Shown here one piece after another: positions 53,159 through 64,000 of a DNA stretch of 64,000 nt. The stretch comes from Thelocarpon superellum (lineage: Eukaryota). Below the pieces are notes generated by a model, which was not told the origin of the DNA, searched no databases, and saw nothing but the letters and a program-made list of their open reading frames with translations. A program made the position numbers and the translations under genes. The stretch is from the NCBI GenBank assembly GCA_026025795.1, contig JAPEUG010000001.1:62001-126000 (forward strand), given 5' to 3'. Each line of letters opens with the position of its first letter. Positions within the stretch are counted from its first letter, which is position 1.

Positions 53159-56100
53159 GAGACCGACGCCAGGGGTCGAGTGGCGCGTGCGGGCGATGGG
53201 CTTGGACACCTTGTGCCCGGGCAGCTCGCCACCCTCGCCGGGCTTCGCGCCCTGGGCCATCTTGATCTGAAGCTCGTCCGCGTCGGCCAGGTAGTTGGAC
53301 GTCACACCAAAACGACCCGAGGCAACCTGCTTAATGGCGGACCGCATCGTGTCCCCGTTGTCCATGGGCAGACTCCGCTCGGGGTCTTCACCACCCTCGC
53401 CCGTGTTGGACTTGCCGCCGAGGCGGTTCATGGCCACGGCCAGGGTGGAGTGGGACTCCATCGAGATGGACCCGTACGACATGGCTCCGGTGCAGAAGCG
53501 TCGCACAATCTCCGTCCATGGCTCGACCTGGTCGATGGGCACGGGGATGCGGTCCTCAAAGTTGAAGTCGAGCAGGCCGCGCAGGGTGCAGGCCTTGATC
53601 TGTTCGTACTCGGAGAGGGCGTAGGCCTCGTAGGACTTGTCATTCTTCGTGCGCACCGCGTCCTGCAGGTTGGCGATGCTGACGGGATCGTTGATGTGCG
53701 CCTCGCCGCCGTCGCGCCAGTGATACTCGCCCGACTCGGCCAGACCCGGAATGGAGATGATGGGGCGCGAGGGGAAGCCCTTTTCGTGAAAGGCAAACGC
53801 ATCTTCGGCGATGAACTCAAAGGTCAAGCCGCGAATGCGCGTCGCCGTCCCGGTAAAGCATCGGTCGACGACGCTGTCGTCGACCCCGAGGGCCTCGAAG
53901 ATCTGCGCGCCTTTGTAGCTCTGCAGGGTGGAGATGCCCATCTTGCTCATGACCTTGAGGATGCCTCCGTCGCACGAGTACTTGTAGTTCTCGATCACGG
54001 CCTGGTCGGAGAGCGGCTTGCGGATGAGGTTCTCGTGATTCATCTTCAAGATGCACTCCATGGCGAGATAGGGGCAGATGGCGTCGGCGCCGTAGCCCAA
54101 CAACACGCACATGTGGTGCACCTCCCGCGCCTCGGCGGTCTCGAGGACGAGGGCGGCCTGGGATCGCCACTTGTTGCGCACTAGATGGTGGTGCACCAGG
54201 CCACAGGCCAAGAGCGTCGATACGGGCACGCGATCGGGCCCGGTCGCCCGGTCCGACAGGATCAGGATCCGGTCGTTCTGGGCGATGGCTTCCGTGGCCG
54301 CCTCGCAGATGCGATCCAGAGCTTTGATGTAGCCGGGGACGCCATCGTCCTTGGCAAAGGTGATGTCGATCGTCTTGACCGTCCAATCGGCATGGAGTGT
54401 GGTAATCTGCTGGAGCGCCTTGAATTCCTCCAAGGCGAGCACGGGCGACGGCAGCAACAGTCGGTGGCACTGCGACGCGTCCATCTCGAGCAGGTTGCCC
54501 TGCGGGCCGACGTAGCACTCGAGGGACATGACGATGGCCTCGCGGATGGGATCGATGGGAGGGTTGGTGACCTGGGCAAAGAGCTGTCGGAAATACTCAT
54601 ACAGCAGACGCGGCTGTTGTGCCAGACATGCGAGCGGTGCGTCGTTGCCCATGGAGCCGAGCGCTTCCTTGGAGTCCGAGGCCTATGGGATGGTCAGCGG
54701 ACCGCGGGTGAGGTACGGGAGAAGAGGGCGATGGACGGGACATACCATGGGGCCCAGGAGCAAGCTGACTTGTTCAAGGGTGTAGCCAAACGCTTTGAGG
54801 CGCGGGTCCACTTGCAGGCGCGTCCCATCCAGCACGCTATCGAGCCGCACGCCATCGTCGCGGAGTTGCTGGTAGATCTCTGGCAGCGACAGGAGCTCCT
54901 TTTCGAGCCACGATCGGAAGTCCTGGCGATGGGCCACGGTCTCCTTAAGCTCCTTGTCGTCCACGATGCGACCCACGAGCGTATCAACGAGAAGCATCTT
55001 GCCGGGCTGCAAGCGGCCTTTGAGGACGATGGATTCGGGGTTCAACAGGATAGTGCCGACCTCGGAGGCGCAGATGATGCGGTCGTCGTCAGTGACATAA
55101 TATCGGCAGGGCCGCAGTCCATTTCGGTCAAGGTTGGCGCCACAGTAGCGGCCGTCGGCGAAGGTGAAGAGTGCCGGCCCATCCCAGGGCTCCATCATAC
55201 AGGCGGCCCACTCGTAGAAGGCCGCCTTGGCCGGGTCCATGGTGGGATTGTCTTGCCAGGCCTCGGGCACCATCATCATGACGGCTTCGGGGAGCGAGAG
55301 CACGCCGTTGATGACGAGCAGCTCGAGGACGTTATCGAAGGCCGCGGAATCGGATCCGCCATCCTCGACGATGGGATAGAGCTGATCGAGCTCCTCGGCG
55401 AAGAGGTGGGATCTCAGAACGCCTTCACGCGCGCGCATCCAGTTCTTGTTGCCCCGCAAGGTGTTGATCTCACCTGGTCACGGGTCAATGAGACGGCAGT
55501 CGGAAGAGGTGTGACGCGCGGGTCACGACTCACCGTTATGTGCGGCCCACCGCAGCGGCTGCGCGCGATCCCAGCTGGGGAAAGTATTAGTAGAAAATCG
55601 CGAGTGAACAAGCGCAAAGTGACCTTCATAGTCTACTGAAACCAAGTCGTGATAGTATTGATACACTTGAACCGGCGCCAGCTGTCCCTTGTACACGATG
55701 TTTTTGTTGCTGAGCGAGCAGAGATAGAACCAATTGTGGAGACCGATGGTGTGGGTGGCACGCTTGCGTAAGACGTAGAGCTGGCGCTCGAAATGCTTCT
55801 CGTCAAACGGTGCCCCCTCAGGTTGCTGTGGCTCGCGACCGAGCCCGTAGGCAGACTTGAGCACCACGAAGGGCTGGAGGATGAGAGGCTCGCGCGACAG
55901 AGCGGCGGGGCCGAGTAGGGTCGAATCACGGGGTACCTCACGCCAGCCCAATACCCGTAGGTCGAGTGAGTCGGCGATCTCCTCAAAGGTCTGCTGTGAC
56001 TCCTGGAGGGTCTCGGGCTCGGGCTTGAAGAAGAGGTTGCCCGCGGCGTACTGGCCCTGCGGCGGGAGGCGGATGTCGTTCTCACGCGCAAAGTTCTTGA

Positions 56101-56541
56101 TGAAGAACTTGTGAGGGATGGAGGTCATGACGCCGGCCCCGTCACCGTCGCGGGCATCGGACCCAACGGCGCCACGATGGGTCATATTGCAGAGCAGATT
56201 CCGAGCTGAGGCACAAACAGATGAGCTAGGGGGGAGCCGGGGGTGGTGGGGCCGGTGCTCGCTACTCACCATCGCTCACAATCTTATGGCTCGCCTTGCC
56301 CTTGATATGGCTGTATTGCCCGGTCAGCAAGCGATGCCACCGTGATGACGAGCGTGAGCACTCACGCAGCGAAGCCGACGCCACAGGCGTCCTTCTCGAG
56401 GGCGGGGTCATAGAGGGCTTGCTTAACCGGGAGAGCGCCGGCCCAGGACCGGTTCTCCTCGGTGTTCTGGTACTCGTAAATGGAGGTGGGTTCCTCAGGC
56501 TGGATGGCTTGCTCGATGAACTCATTCACGCAGGGAGGCAT
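47439..56541 (-). CDS. GLT1: NADH-dependent glutamate synthase (GOGAT), intein-containing, spliced
   Basis: EKDACGVGF (Ntn Cys), [46 protein letters not shown][intein]CHLN|TCPVG (3Fe-4S), GXGXG repeats, RCMDCG, GSGPAG, IGGGDTG and [10 protein letters not shown]. Confidence 0.97.
50367..50654 (-). other. 288-nt spliceosomal intron of GLT1
   Basis: GTACGT donor, GCTGAC branch point and CAG acceptor. Its removal restores [15 protein letters not shown]. Confidence 0.88.
50666..52732 (-). mobile_element. GLT1 intein with LAGLIDADG homing endonuclease (689 aa)
   Basis: In-frame insertion between CIMMRK and CHLN. Starts CLASSTLV (block A), with TPDH (block B), LGLWLGDG (block C) and IAGLVDSDG (block E). 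Ends RLITQN followed by Cys+1. No stops or frameshifts. Confidence 0.95.
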
Positions 56542-58066
56542 TCTGGCAGCGACAGGCGTGCGGGGCCCGCGAGACGTCTGGGGCAGCAAAGGGGGGAAGC
56601 AAGGAAAGTCGGGAGGGAGGGGGAGACGAGGAGGAGAGAAAAAGATAAGGACTCCAAATGAGCTAGTGGGGAAGCTGACGAGATGGGGCAAGTCTAGACT
56701 CGAGTAACCGCGCCCAGGGTCTGCGGACTGCTGCTCGAGCACCGTGAGTTTAACCTTAGCCACCAAAAGATAGAGGTCTGGGAGAGCTAGAGGGCAAGAT
56801 GGAGATTCGCTTAGGTACAAGGATCGGTCTGTCTGCGCTTTTTGCTCGCCGTGGCTCGCCGTGGCCCAGAGAATGCCACCGGATCCACTCAGATCGGGCA
56901 GGGCTCGCACGCGGGGTGCAGGCCGGGTGCAGGCGGAACCCCAGCACTTCCGTTCCCGACATCGGATAGTCCCACCAACCACGACGTTGTGGGCGAGGAT
57001 CGATGACGCTTAGCGTGCTGATAGGCCCCTCGCCGTCGCCTCGCCTGCGTCGAGGCCCTCGTTAGCCCAGCTATGAGGCTCCTTGGCTCCGTGGCTCCCA
57101 CGCCCTCGTTGCTCGTTGACACACCCGGCGTGGACTCGGTGCGGAGGACATGACGCAGAGTGGGATGGAGTGCAGGGAGCGAGAGGTTTTCTGTCATGAT
57201 TGTGGCCGTGGTCGTGGTCATACCGTATAGCGTGCTACGGGGACCAGGCATCCAATCGGGTCCGCCCCATGGATGCGTTTGGGGAACCCCGGGTTGCACC
57301 CCCCAGCTCACGCCCAGCCCTAATAGAGAGGCTCGCTTGGACCGTCGTCACAGACAATGCCTGGCCAGGACTCATCACTTAAGGCGGGAGCGTGGATTAG
57401 GAGCAACGCTTGACAGACGCACATGCCCCTCCTCAGCACCTCACTAACACGCGTCCCGGCGACGCTGTGCTTGCGCGATCCTCGTGGAGGCATCAATCAA
57501 GGGGGAGGATCCTGGCCGCTCTCATCTCAGCCCGTGCTTATTGTCAGTCGGATGGTTGACCAACTTTTCGCTTGTGTGTTTGGTTGTGCTGAGGGGTACG
57601 CACAGAATCTGACTTGTGGCGTGCTGCTCGGCGGTGGGTGGGCGCGCTCCTCCCACCGGTCGCTCTCCAACGAGTCTCGTAACTATGGGGTGGTAGGCAC
57701 CAGCGTTCGCGAAGCTCCCACTGCCCCACCACACGCTGTTACGACAGCAACCAGGCTACCGCCCCATCACCCGAGCCCCACCTCACCGCAGTCACAGCTA
57801 CGGCTAAATGTTAAAGGAATGGTGAAGACGCTCCAGCCCAATCGCATCCAGATCACACCACATCTTTCTCGTAAAATCGCCCTCTGTCGCGGTCATCCGC
57901 AGCGTATGACCTGGGTGGACTCAGCGCGTGGTGCGGTCCAGACGTCGTGACAAATGGCAATAGATCAACCGGGATAATAACAGCGAGGGCGAAGGAAGCG
58001 GTGACGTGTGGTAGAGAGCGGGTGGTGGAAGTCGGTAGAAGGCACTAGAGGCGTCAAGTCAACCAT

Positions 58067-58081
58067 CGAAATTTCCAGAAC
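58067..58081 (+). promoter_or_regulatory. Perfect three-unit heat-shock element
   Basis: cGAAa tTTCc aGAAc, ~210 bp upstream of the HSP70 ATG. Confidence 0.8.
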
Positions 58082-58291
58082 CCCACCCACCCGAGTACTT
58101 AGTTGCCCACACAACAACTCGACGATCGTCTTTAACTCTCACTCAACGCTTTTCCTCACAACTTACAACGTGCAACTTGCAGCGGCTGGAACTCTCACCG
58201 TTGCTGCGATTGACCAGGCCCTGCTAGAGCTGGTTTTCACGCAAATTCTACGCTCAAAGCAATCCTCACTTCTCTTCATCTCCTCACTGCT

Positions 58292-60277
58292 ATGGCGCCC
58301 GCTATCGGTATCGATTTGGGCACCACCTATTCGTGCGTCGGTGTCTTTCGCGATGATCGGATTGAAATCATTGCCAATGACCAGGGCAATCGCACCACCC
58401 CATCCTTTGTTGCCTTCACCGATACCGAGCGTCTCATCGGTGATTCGGCCAAGAATCAAGTTGCCATGAACCCCTCCAACACCGTCTTCGACGCCAAGCG
58501 CCTGATCGGGCGGAAGTTCAGCGACGCCGAGGTCCAGGCCGACATGAAGCATTTTCCCTTCAAGGTGATCGATAAGGGCGGCAAGCCCGTCATCCAGGTC
58601 GAGTTCAAGGGCGAGACCAAGACCTTCACGCCCGAAGAGATTTCGTCCATGGTCCTGACCAAGATGCGCGAGACGGCCGAAGCCTACCTCGGTGGCACGG
58701 TGAACAACGCCGTCGTCACGGTCCCCGCCTACTTCAACGACTCGCAACGCCAAGCTACCAAGGACGCTGGTCTCATCGCCGGCCTGAACGTGCTCCGCAT
58801 CATCAACGAGCCCACCGCGGCCGCCATCGCCTACGGTCTCGACAAAAAGGCCGAGGGAGAGCGCAACGTGCTCATCTTCGATCTGGGTGGCGGTACCTTT
58901 GATGTTTCGCTCCTGACCATCGAGGAGGGCATCTTCGAGGTCAAGTCGACGGCCGGCGACACGCATCTGGGTGGTGAAGACTTTGACAATCGTCTTGTCA
59001 ACCACTTCGTCAACGAGTTCAAGCGGAAGCACAAGAAGGATCTTACCAGCAACTCGCGCGCTCTTCGTCGGCTGCGCACGGCCTGCGAGCGTGCTAAGCG
59101 CACCCTGTCGTCGTCGGCTCAGACGTCCATCGAGATCGATTCACTGTACGAGGGCATTGATTTCTACACCTCCATCACTCGTGCGCGCTTTGAGGAACTC
59201 TGCCAAGACCTCTTCCGTTCCACCATGGAGCCGGTAGAGCGAGTGCTCCGCGACGCCAAGATCGACAAGTCGTCGGTGCACGAGATCGTCCTGGTTGGTG
59301 GATCCACGCGTATTCCCAAGATCCAGAAGCTCGTGTCGGACTTCTTCAACGGCAAGGAGCCCAACCGTTCAATCAACCCCGACGAGGCAGTGGCATACGG
59401 TGCTGCCGTGCAAGCCGCCATCCTCTCGGGGGACACCTCATCAAAGTCGACCAACGAAATCCTCCTCCTCGATGTCGCTCCCCTGTCGCTCGGTATCGAG
59501 ACGGCTGGTGGGGTCATGACGTCGCTCATCAAGCGCAACACGACCATCCCAACGAAAAAGTCCGAGGTCTTCTCCACCTTCGCCGACAACCAGCCGGGCG
59601 TCTTGATCCAGGTCTTCGAGGGTGAGCGTGCCCGGACCAAGGACAACAACCTGCTGGGCAAATTCGAGCTCACGGGTATCCCCCCGGCGCCGCGTGGCGT
59701 GCCCCAGATTGAGGTGACGTTCGACGTGGACGCCAACGGCATCATGAACGTGTCGGCGTTGGAGAAGGGCACGGGCAAGACCAACAAGATCGTCATCACC
59801 AACGACAAGGGCCGTCTGTCCAAGGACGAGATCGAGCGGATGCTGGCGGAGGCCGAGAAGTACAAGGAAGAGGACGAGGCGGAAGCGTCGCGCATCTCTG
59901 CCAAGAACGCACTCGAGTCTTACGCCTACTCGCTCAAGAACACGCTGGCTGACCCCAAGGTCGACGAGAAGCTGGACGCGAGCGACAAGGAATCGTTGGA
60001 GAAGGAGATCAAGAAGACAATCGACTGGATCGACGAGAGCCAGCAAGCCACCAAGGAGGAGTACGAATCGCAACAGAAGGAGCTCGAGTCGGTCGCCAAC
60101 CCGATCATGATGAAGTTCTACGGGGCCGGCGGCGAAGGTGGCGGAATGCCCGGTGGTATGGGCGGCATGCCCGGCGGTGGGCCCGGTGGATTCCCCGGCG
60201 GTGGGCCTGGTGGGTTCCCCGGCGGTGCTGCCGGCGGCGAGGACGAGAGTGGACCAACGGTCGAGGAGGTGGACTAA
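58292..60277 (+). CDS. HSP70: Cytosolic Hsp70 (SSA type), intronless
   Basis: [40 protein letters not shown] repeats and C-terminal GPTVEEVD. Confidence 0.98.
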   Translation: MAPAIGIDLGTTYSCVGVFRDDRIEIIANDQGNRTTPSFVAFTDTERLIGDSAKNQVAMNPSNTVFDAKRLIGRKFSDAEVQADMKHFPFKVIDKGGKPVIQVEFKGETKTFTPEEISSMVLTKMRETAEAYLGGTVNNAVVTVPAYFNDSQRQATKDAGLIAGLNVLRIINEPTAAAIAYGLDKKAEGERNVLIFDLGGGTFDVSLLTIEEGIFEVKSTAGDTHLGGEDFDNRLVNHFVNEFKRKHKKDLTSNSRALRRLRTACERAKRTLSSSAQTSIEIDSLYEGIDFYTSITRARFEELCQDLFRSTMEPVERVLRDAKIDKSSVHEIVLVGGSTRIPKIQKLVSDFFNGKEPNRSINPDEAVAYGAAVQAAILSGDTSSKSTNEILLLDVAPLSLGIETAGGVMTSLIKRNTTIPTKKSEVFSTFADNQPGVLIQVFEGERARTKDNNLLGKFELTGIPPAPRGVPQIEVTFDVDANGIMNVSALEKGTGKTNKIVITNDKGRLSKDEIERMLAEAEKYKEEDEAEASRISAKNALESYAYSLKNTLADPKVDEKLDASDKESLEKEIKKTIDWIDESQQATKEEYESQQKELESVANPIMMKFYGAGGEGGGMPGGMGGMPGGGPGGFPGGGPGGFPGGAAGGEDESGPTVEEVD

Positions 60278-60831
60278 GCGATTCTCCCCGCTCTCCCATC
60301 GTCATTGTCCACCCACCCCGTCACGATCAAGCCCGTCCATCTCTCTCCTTCGACTGGATCTCCTACCCTCGACCCTTCTCGGCTCGCACACAAAAAACTC
60401 TTTACCTATCCTCCTCCCGCACGCTCCGTCCTCTTTCGAATGCACGCCTGGACACCGCCCGCTGGAACCTCTCACGTTCGACGATGTTTGGGATTGATGT
60501 AAGGATGGGTGGATGGATGTATGGATGGATGGATGACACGGCTTCCTTTTCCTTTCCATTGAATGCTCTTCACACCTTGCGCTTCCAAGGCGGACGATGT
60601 GGTGCGTTTTCTCAATCGATCACATCGATCAGTTCAGATCAAATCAAACTGTCGGTCCGTCACTTAGTCACAGTCGTGAGTTACGAGCAGTCGGGTAGCT
60701 TAGATGATGCACTACAGAGAGTAATGAAATGACCATGAAATGAAACAAATCAGACCTCAATTGCTGTATAGACATCGTAGAATACATGACCTGATTGCCG
60801 CTTAATATTGCCGACTACCGATCAATCACTC

Positions 60832-63760
60832 TCAGTCGTACTCGTACTCGTCGTCCATGCCCTCTCCCCCTTCTCCCTCGCCGTTCACATCCCCCAACAG
60901 CCTGCGCTCTGCCACCTCCCTAATCTTGGCCTGCAGCAAGACGCAGCCAAAGCGATCCGCGACCTTTTCGGCCGCCTCCAGCATCTTGCCGGACGCGTCG
61001 CGCATGAGCCGGACGATTTCCAACGCCTTCATCCCGTGCTCGTCGCCGCCCTCGCGACATTCCGTCGCTAGCATCTGCAGCAGAATCTTGTCAATCTCGA
61101 CTTCGCGCCGCGTCAGCTCGCGCTGCTGCGTCTGCGTGATGGTCGACGTGAGCGCCGTGTCACTTTGGAGCGCGTGGCTTAGCGATTGTAGCGCGTATGC
61201 CCCTTCGAGCCCAGCGCGTGGGGTCGTTTGGTTTTGGACAGTGGCATCTGGGTCCGCGTTGGACGCAGCCTGCTGGGGCCCGTGCAGAGGAATCTTGAAG
61301 CCGAATTCGCTGAGGAGTGGCCGTGGGAAATATGGCGACGTATCTCCGCCCTTGAGGATGATGCAGTGGAATTTCTCTTGCGCGACGGCCACCGGCCAGT
61401 AGCTTTCGGTCTTGCGGCCGTCGACGAGCCGGTCGAGTTTCGTGGTGTCCAGGATCGGCATCCACCGTGCTTGGCCCGGTGTGCGCCAGTGAAGCAGGAT
61501 GAGGAGCACGCCCGTGCTGTCGTAGACACAAGGGTCCCCATTGTCCGAGAAGAAGACTGATCGCAGTTTCCCCCCCGGTGGCAGGGCAACGAGGTCCTCG
61601 CTCTGGCACACCTCGTCCCGCTTGACATTCTCAATCGTGTACGTCAGTTGCGTGGATCCGTCAGCGCCCACCGGCCCGTTGCCCATCGTCAAGACGTAGT
61701 CTCGCCATGAAGCACACGTCACTGTCGGCGAGTTCTTCTGCCGATACACCCGAAACGGCACCCCAAAGAGCGTGAAGGTTCGGACATAATTTGTAGAGGT
61801 ACTGACGACCGCAAAGGAGTCGCTCAGCGAGATTGCTAGAATAGTCAGCGGATGGACGATTACCGGATCGTAGACTCCTTACCAACAATCCGTTCACCTG
61901 ACGGAATCGCTGTCGCCCAGTCGGCCCGCGTCGACCACGTCTCGTGGGGCCGGTAGTGAACTTCGCCGTCCTCAGAGTTGGCAAACATCGTCCCATGCTC
62001 AGCTAGACATCCTTATTAGCCTTCTTCTCGCTACAAGCCATAGGTCGCATACTCAAGCAAGCCATGTCAAACGCATGATCATCCCGAAAGTGAAAGTCTC
62101 GGTAGAGTCCTCGATCGTAAAATTCCACCGTCACCGTGTAGTGTTCGTCTTGATCCACCGTCCACACGGCACCGATCAGATTTAAACCTGTGCAGGATTA
62201 GTATGATCCCTATACACGACTCAGCCAGAAACACCTACACAGATACCTCCGGTTTCCTCTCCAAGGCGTACTACCCGGTTGGAAGGGGTGATGGATTTGT
62301 GGCTGCCACGCGCCATATGTCGCCCGCCGTTTACCTCCCGCATGGTCCAGGTCATCCAGGTCACCAGTCGTCCGCTTTCCGTTCCCATTGATTCCGTTGG
62401 TGTATCCGGCACCATCGTCGTCGCTTACGAACCCATCGTCATCTTCGTCATCCTCATTCATCAGGTCGGGACCCAGGATATCGTCGATGGAGTCAGGTGT
62501 GCCTCGTCGTGGCCGTGGACGGCCGACTACCTTGTCTCCATGGATGGTGGGTGGCCGCGGACGTGCCGAACCATCTTCTTGCGGGTCATGGATGAAAGGC
62601 GCGGGCTGGAGGCTCTTCTCCAGCAGCGAAGCACGCTCTGTGGGGACGAAACCAGGGAAAATGAAGAGCTCGCCGTCCGTATTGGTAAAGGATAAGATGT
62701 TCTCGCTCGGATGCCAGGCCAGCGACATGACTTTGGGGTAATCATATCTGTGCGCTAATGAGCATCACAATGAGATTGTTGCCAAAGCACCTACCGGGCA
62801 ACAATGGTCTGCGTCTTGGTCTCCCACAGCAGCACCTTGCGATCGTTACCAGCGCTGGCCAAGAGGGCCCCATTCGGAGACCAGGCCACCGCTGTGATAT
62901 CGCCCATATGGCCCGTGGCAAACGCACGCTGCCACGCCCAGTCGGATCTCGACATGACCTGAATGTCTATCCGGTGTCAATGCGGATCCTGGGGGTGGGA
63001 TGACATAGTTCATACCTCGGGTCGACGTGGGTGCGGCAAATGCGCGGCCATCGGGGTGCCAGACCACGCGTGAGCTGATCTCGATATCGGTATCCAGGCT
63101 CCGAATGAGCCCATCCACCTTCTGGACGAGCTCCGGCTCGTCCTTGGTCACGTCGTAGACGTAGACCACGCCATCCGAGCCGGACGCGGCGAGATAGATA
63201 CCATTGGGATGGAAGGAGAGGTGCTTCGCAGGCTTGGGCAAGTCGCGGATGTACTTCACCTCCCTCATGTCCTGTGTGTTGACCATTTTGATGACAAGCT
63301 CACTGGACGACGTTAGTCCATGCGGCGGGCCGAGGGTGTGACGGGGCAGCTTACTCGCTGGCGACGGCAGCCCAGAGACCGTCGGGCGACAGGGCGACAT
63401 CCCGGACGGGGAGGGTACATCGTATGAGCACTTTGTCTAGCGAATTCGTCTCAAGAGAATAGAGGCACACCGTGCCATCTTCGGAGCCGGTGATGAAGAA
63501 GGCGTTGGTGGCAACGATGGCAGTGTTCGATTCCTGGGAGTCGTCTACGTTGACGGGTTCGCCATCGGAGCCGGTAGTGTAAATTCGGATGGCATTGTTT
63601 GATCCCGCCGTGATCAATCGTCGTCCATTCGGGGTATATGCGAGGTAGGTCAAGCCCGGTGTGTCTGCAGGCCCAAAGCTTAGCGGAGCTTCGGTGGATT
63701 TCGTTCGGGCATCTTACGAGCCGGCCGCCCTCTCAGCCGTTGCTGCGTGACCGTCGTCAT
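60832..63760 (-). CDS. CTF4: Replisome/chromosome-segregation WD40 protein Ctf4/Mcl1/SepB (spliced)
   Basis: N-terminal WD40 repeats, HHPFQPGSTPWRGNRRYL, VEFYDR and YWPVAV..HCIILKGG..PYFPRP, with a helical tail. Confidence 0.93.
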
Positions 63761-64000
63761 AGCACGAGCAGGGGAGTCTCTACTGGAGGATAATGGGTCT
63801 AAAAGAGGCACCGTGACAGCAAAAGCATTGGTGTCGGTCAATGCGTGGTGGGGATGGACGACCAAGAGCCGGGGGGACGCGCCGCAAAGCAGTTTCGCGT
63901 GCCTACGCGACTGGACTCTGCGGACTGACGGAGAGAGGCCGGTCACTACGGTGCGCGACAGGGCGCATGGCACGCGCTAAGGACAGTAGCTGTGCGGCCC

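Noticed and set aside
52229..55639. 651-aa and 484-aa plus-strand ORFs opposite GLT1
   Set aside because: Antisense shadows caused by codon bias in GLT1, with no recognisable motifs.
58163..60073. Long antisense ORFs opposite HSP70 (289 aa, 246 aa, 210 aa)
   Set aside because: Well-known shadow frames of GC3-rich hsp70 genes, often mis-annotated as NAD-glutamate dehydrogenase. No independent support.
60503..60536. (GATG)n repeat between the HSP70 and CTF4 3' ends
   Set aside because: Ordinary imperfect microsatellite.
63875..63912. CGCG-containing motifs (ACGCGAAA on the minus strand) upstream of CTF4 as MCB/SCB cell-cycle boxes
   Set aside because: Plausible for a replication gene, but such short motifs are common in GC-rich DNA and cannot be supported from sequence alone.

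Overview
Gene-dense, GC-rich nuclear DNA of a filamentous ascomycete (Pezizomycotina-like), with short GT-AG introns and CTRAC-type branch points. The first ~2.95 kb is a mutated transposon block with no CpG visible by eye: a Ty3/Gypsy retroelement (5' LTR, gag, zinc knuckle, protease) inserted into a pogo/Fot1-type DNA transposase. The rest holds about 22 mostly housekeeping genes: NOP2, a USP7/Ubp15-like MATH-USP-MORN-RING protein, HDA1, GAPDH, COX5, ClpX/MCX1, GLC3, an MBOAT_2 acyltransferase, ATP2, a chromodomain protein, Rab11, NDUFA8, NUP57, TOM5, IWS1, a secreted SnoaL-like protein, APC15, BET1, CHZ1, GLT1, HSP70 and CTF4. The standout is a 689-aa intein with an apparently intact LAGLIDADG homing endonuclease inside glutamate synthase GLT1 (50666..52732). 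It ends in Gln-Asn instead of His-Asn, carries an acidic low-complexity stretch, and lies 11 nt from an unusually long spliceosomal intron. GLT1 inteins are a known but rare family, so this is probably a new member rather than a new system. Also notable are a 91-bp TG...CA mini-element present twice 40 kb apart (one copy with a 4-bp target-site duplication) and a Ubp15 paralogue whose catalytic Cys is replaced by Ala and which is fused to a RING domain. Exon boundaries were read by eye and no database searches were run.
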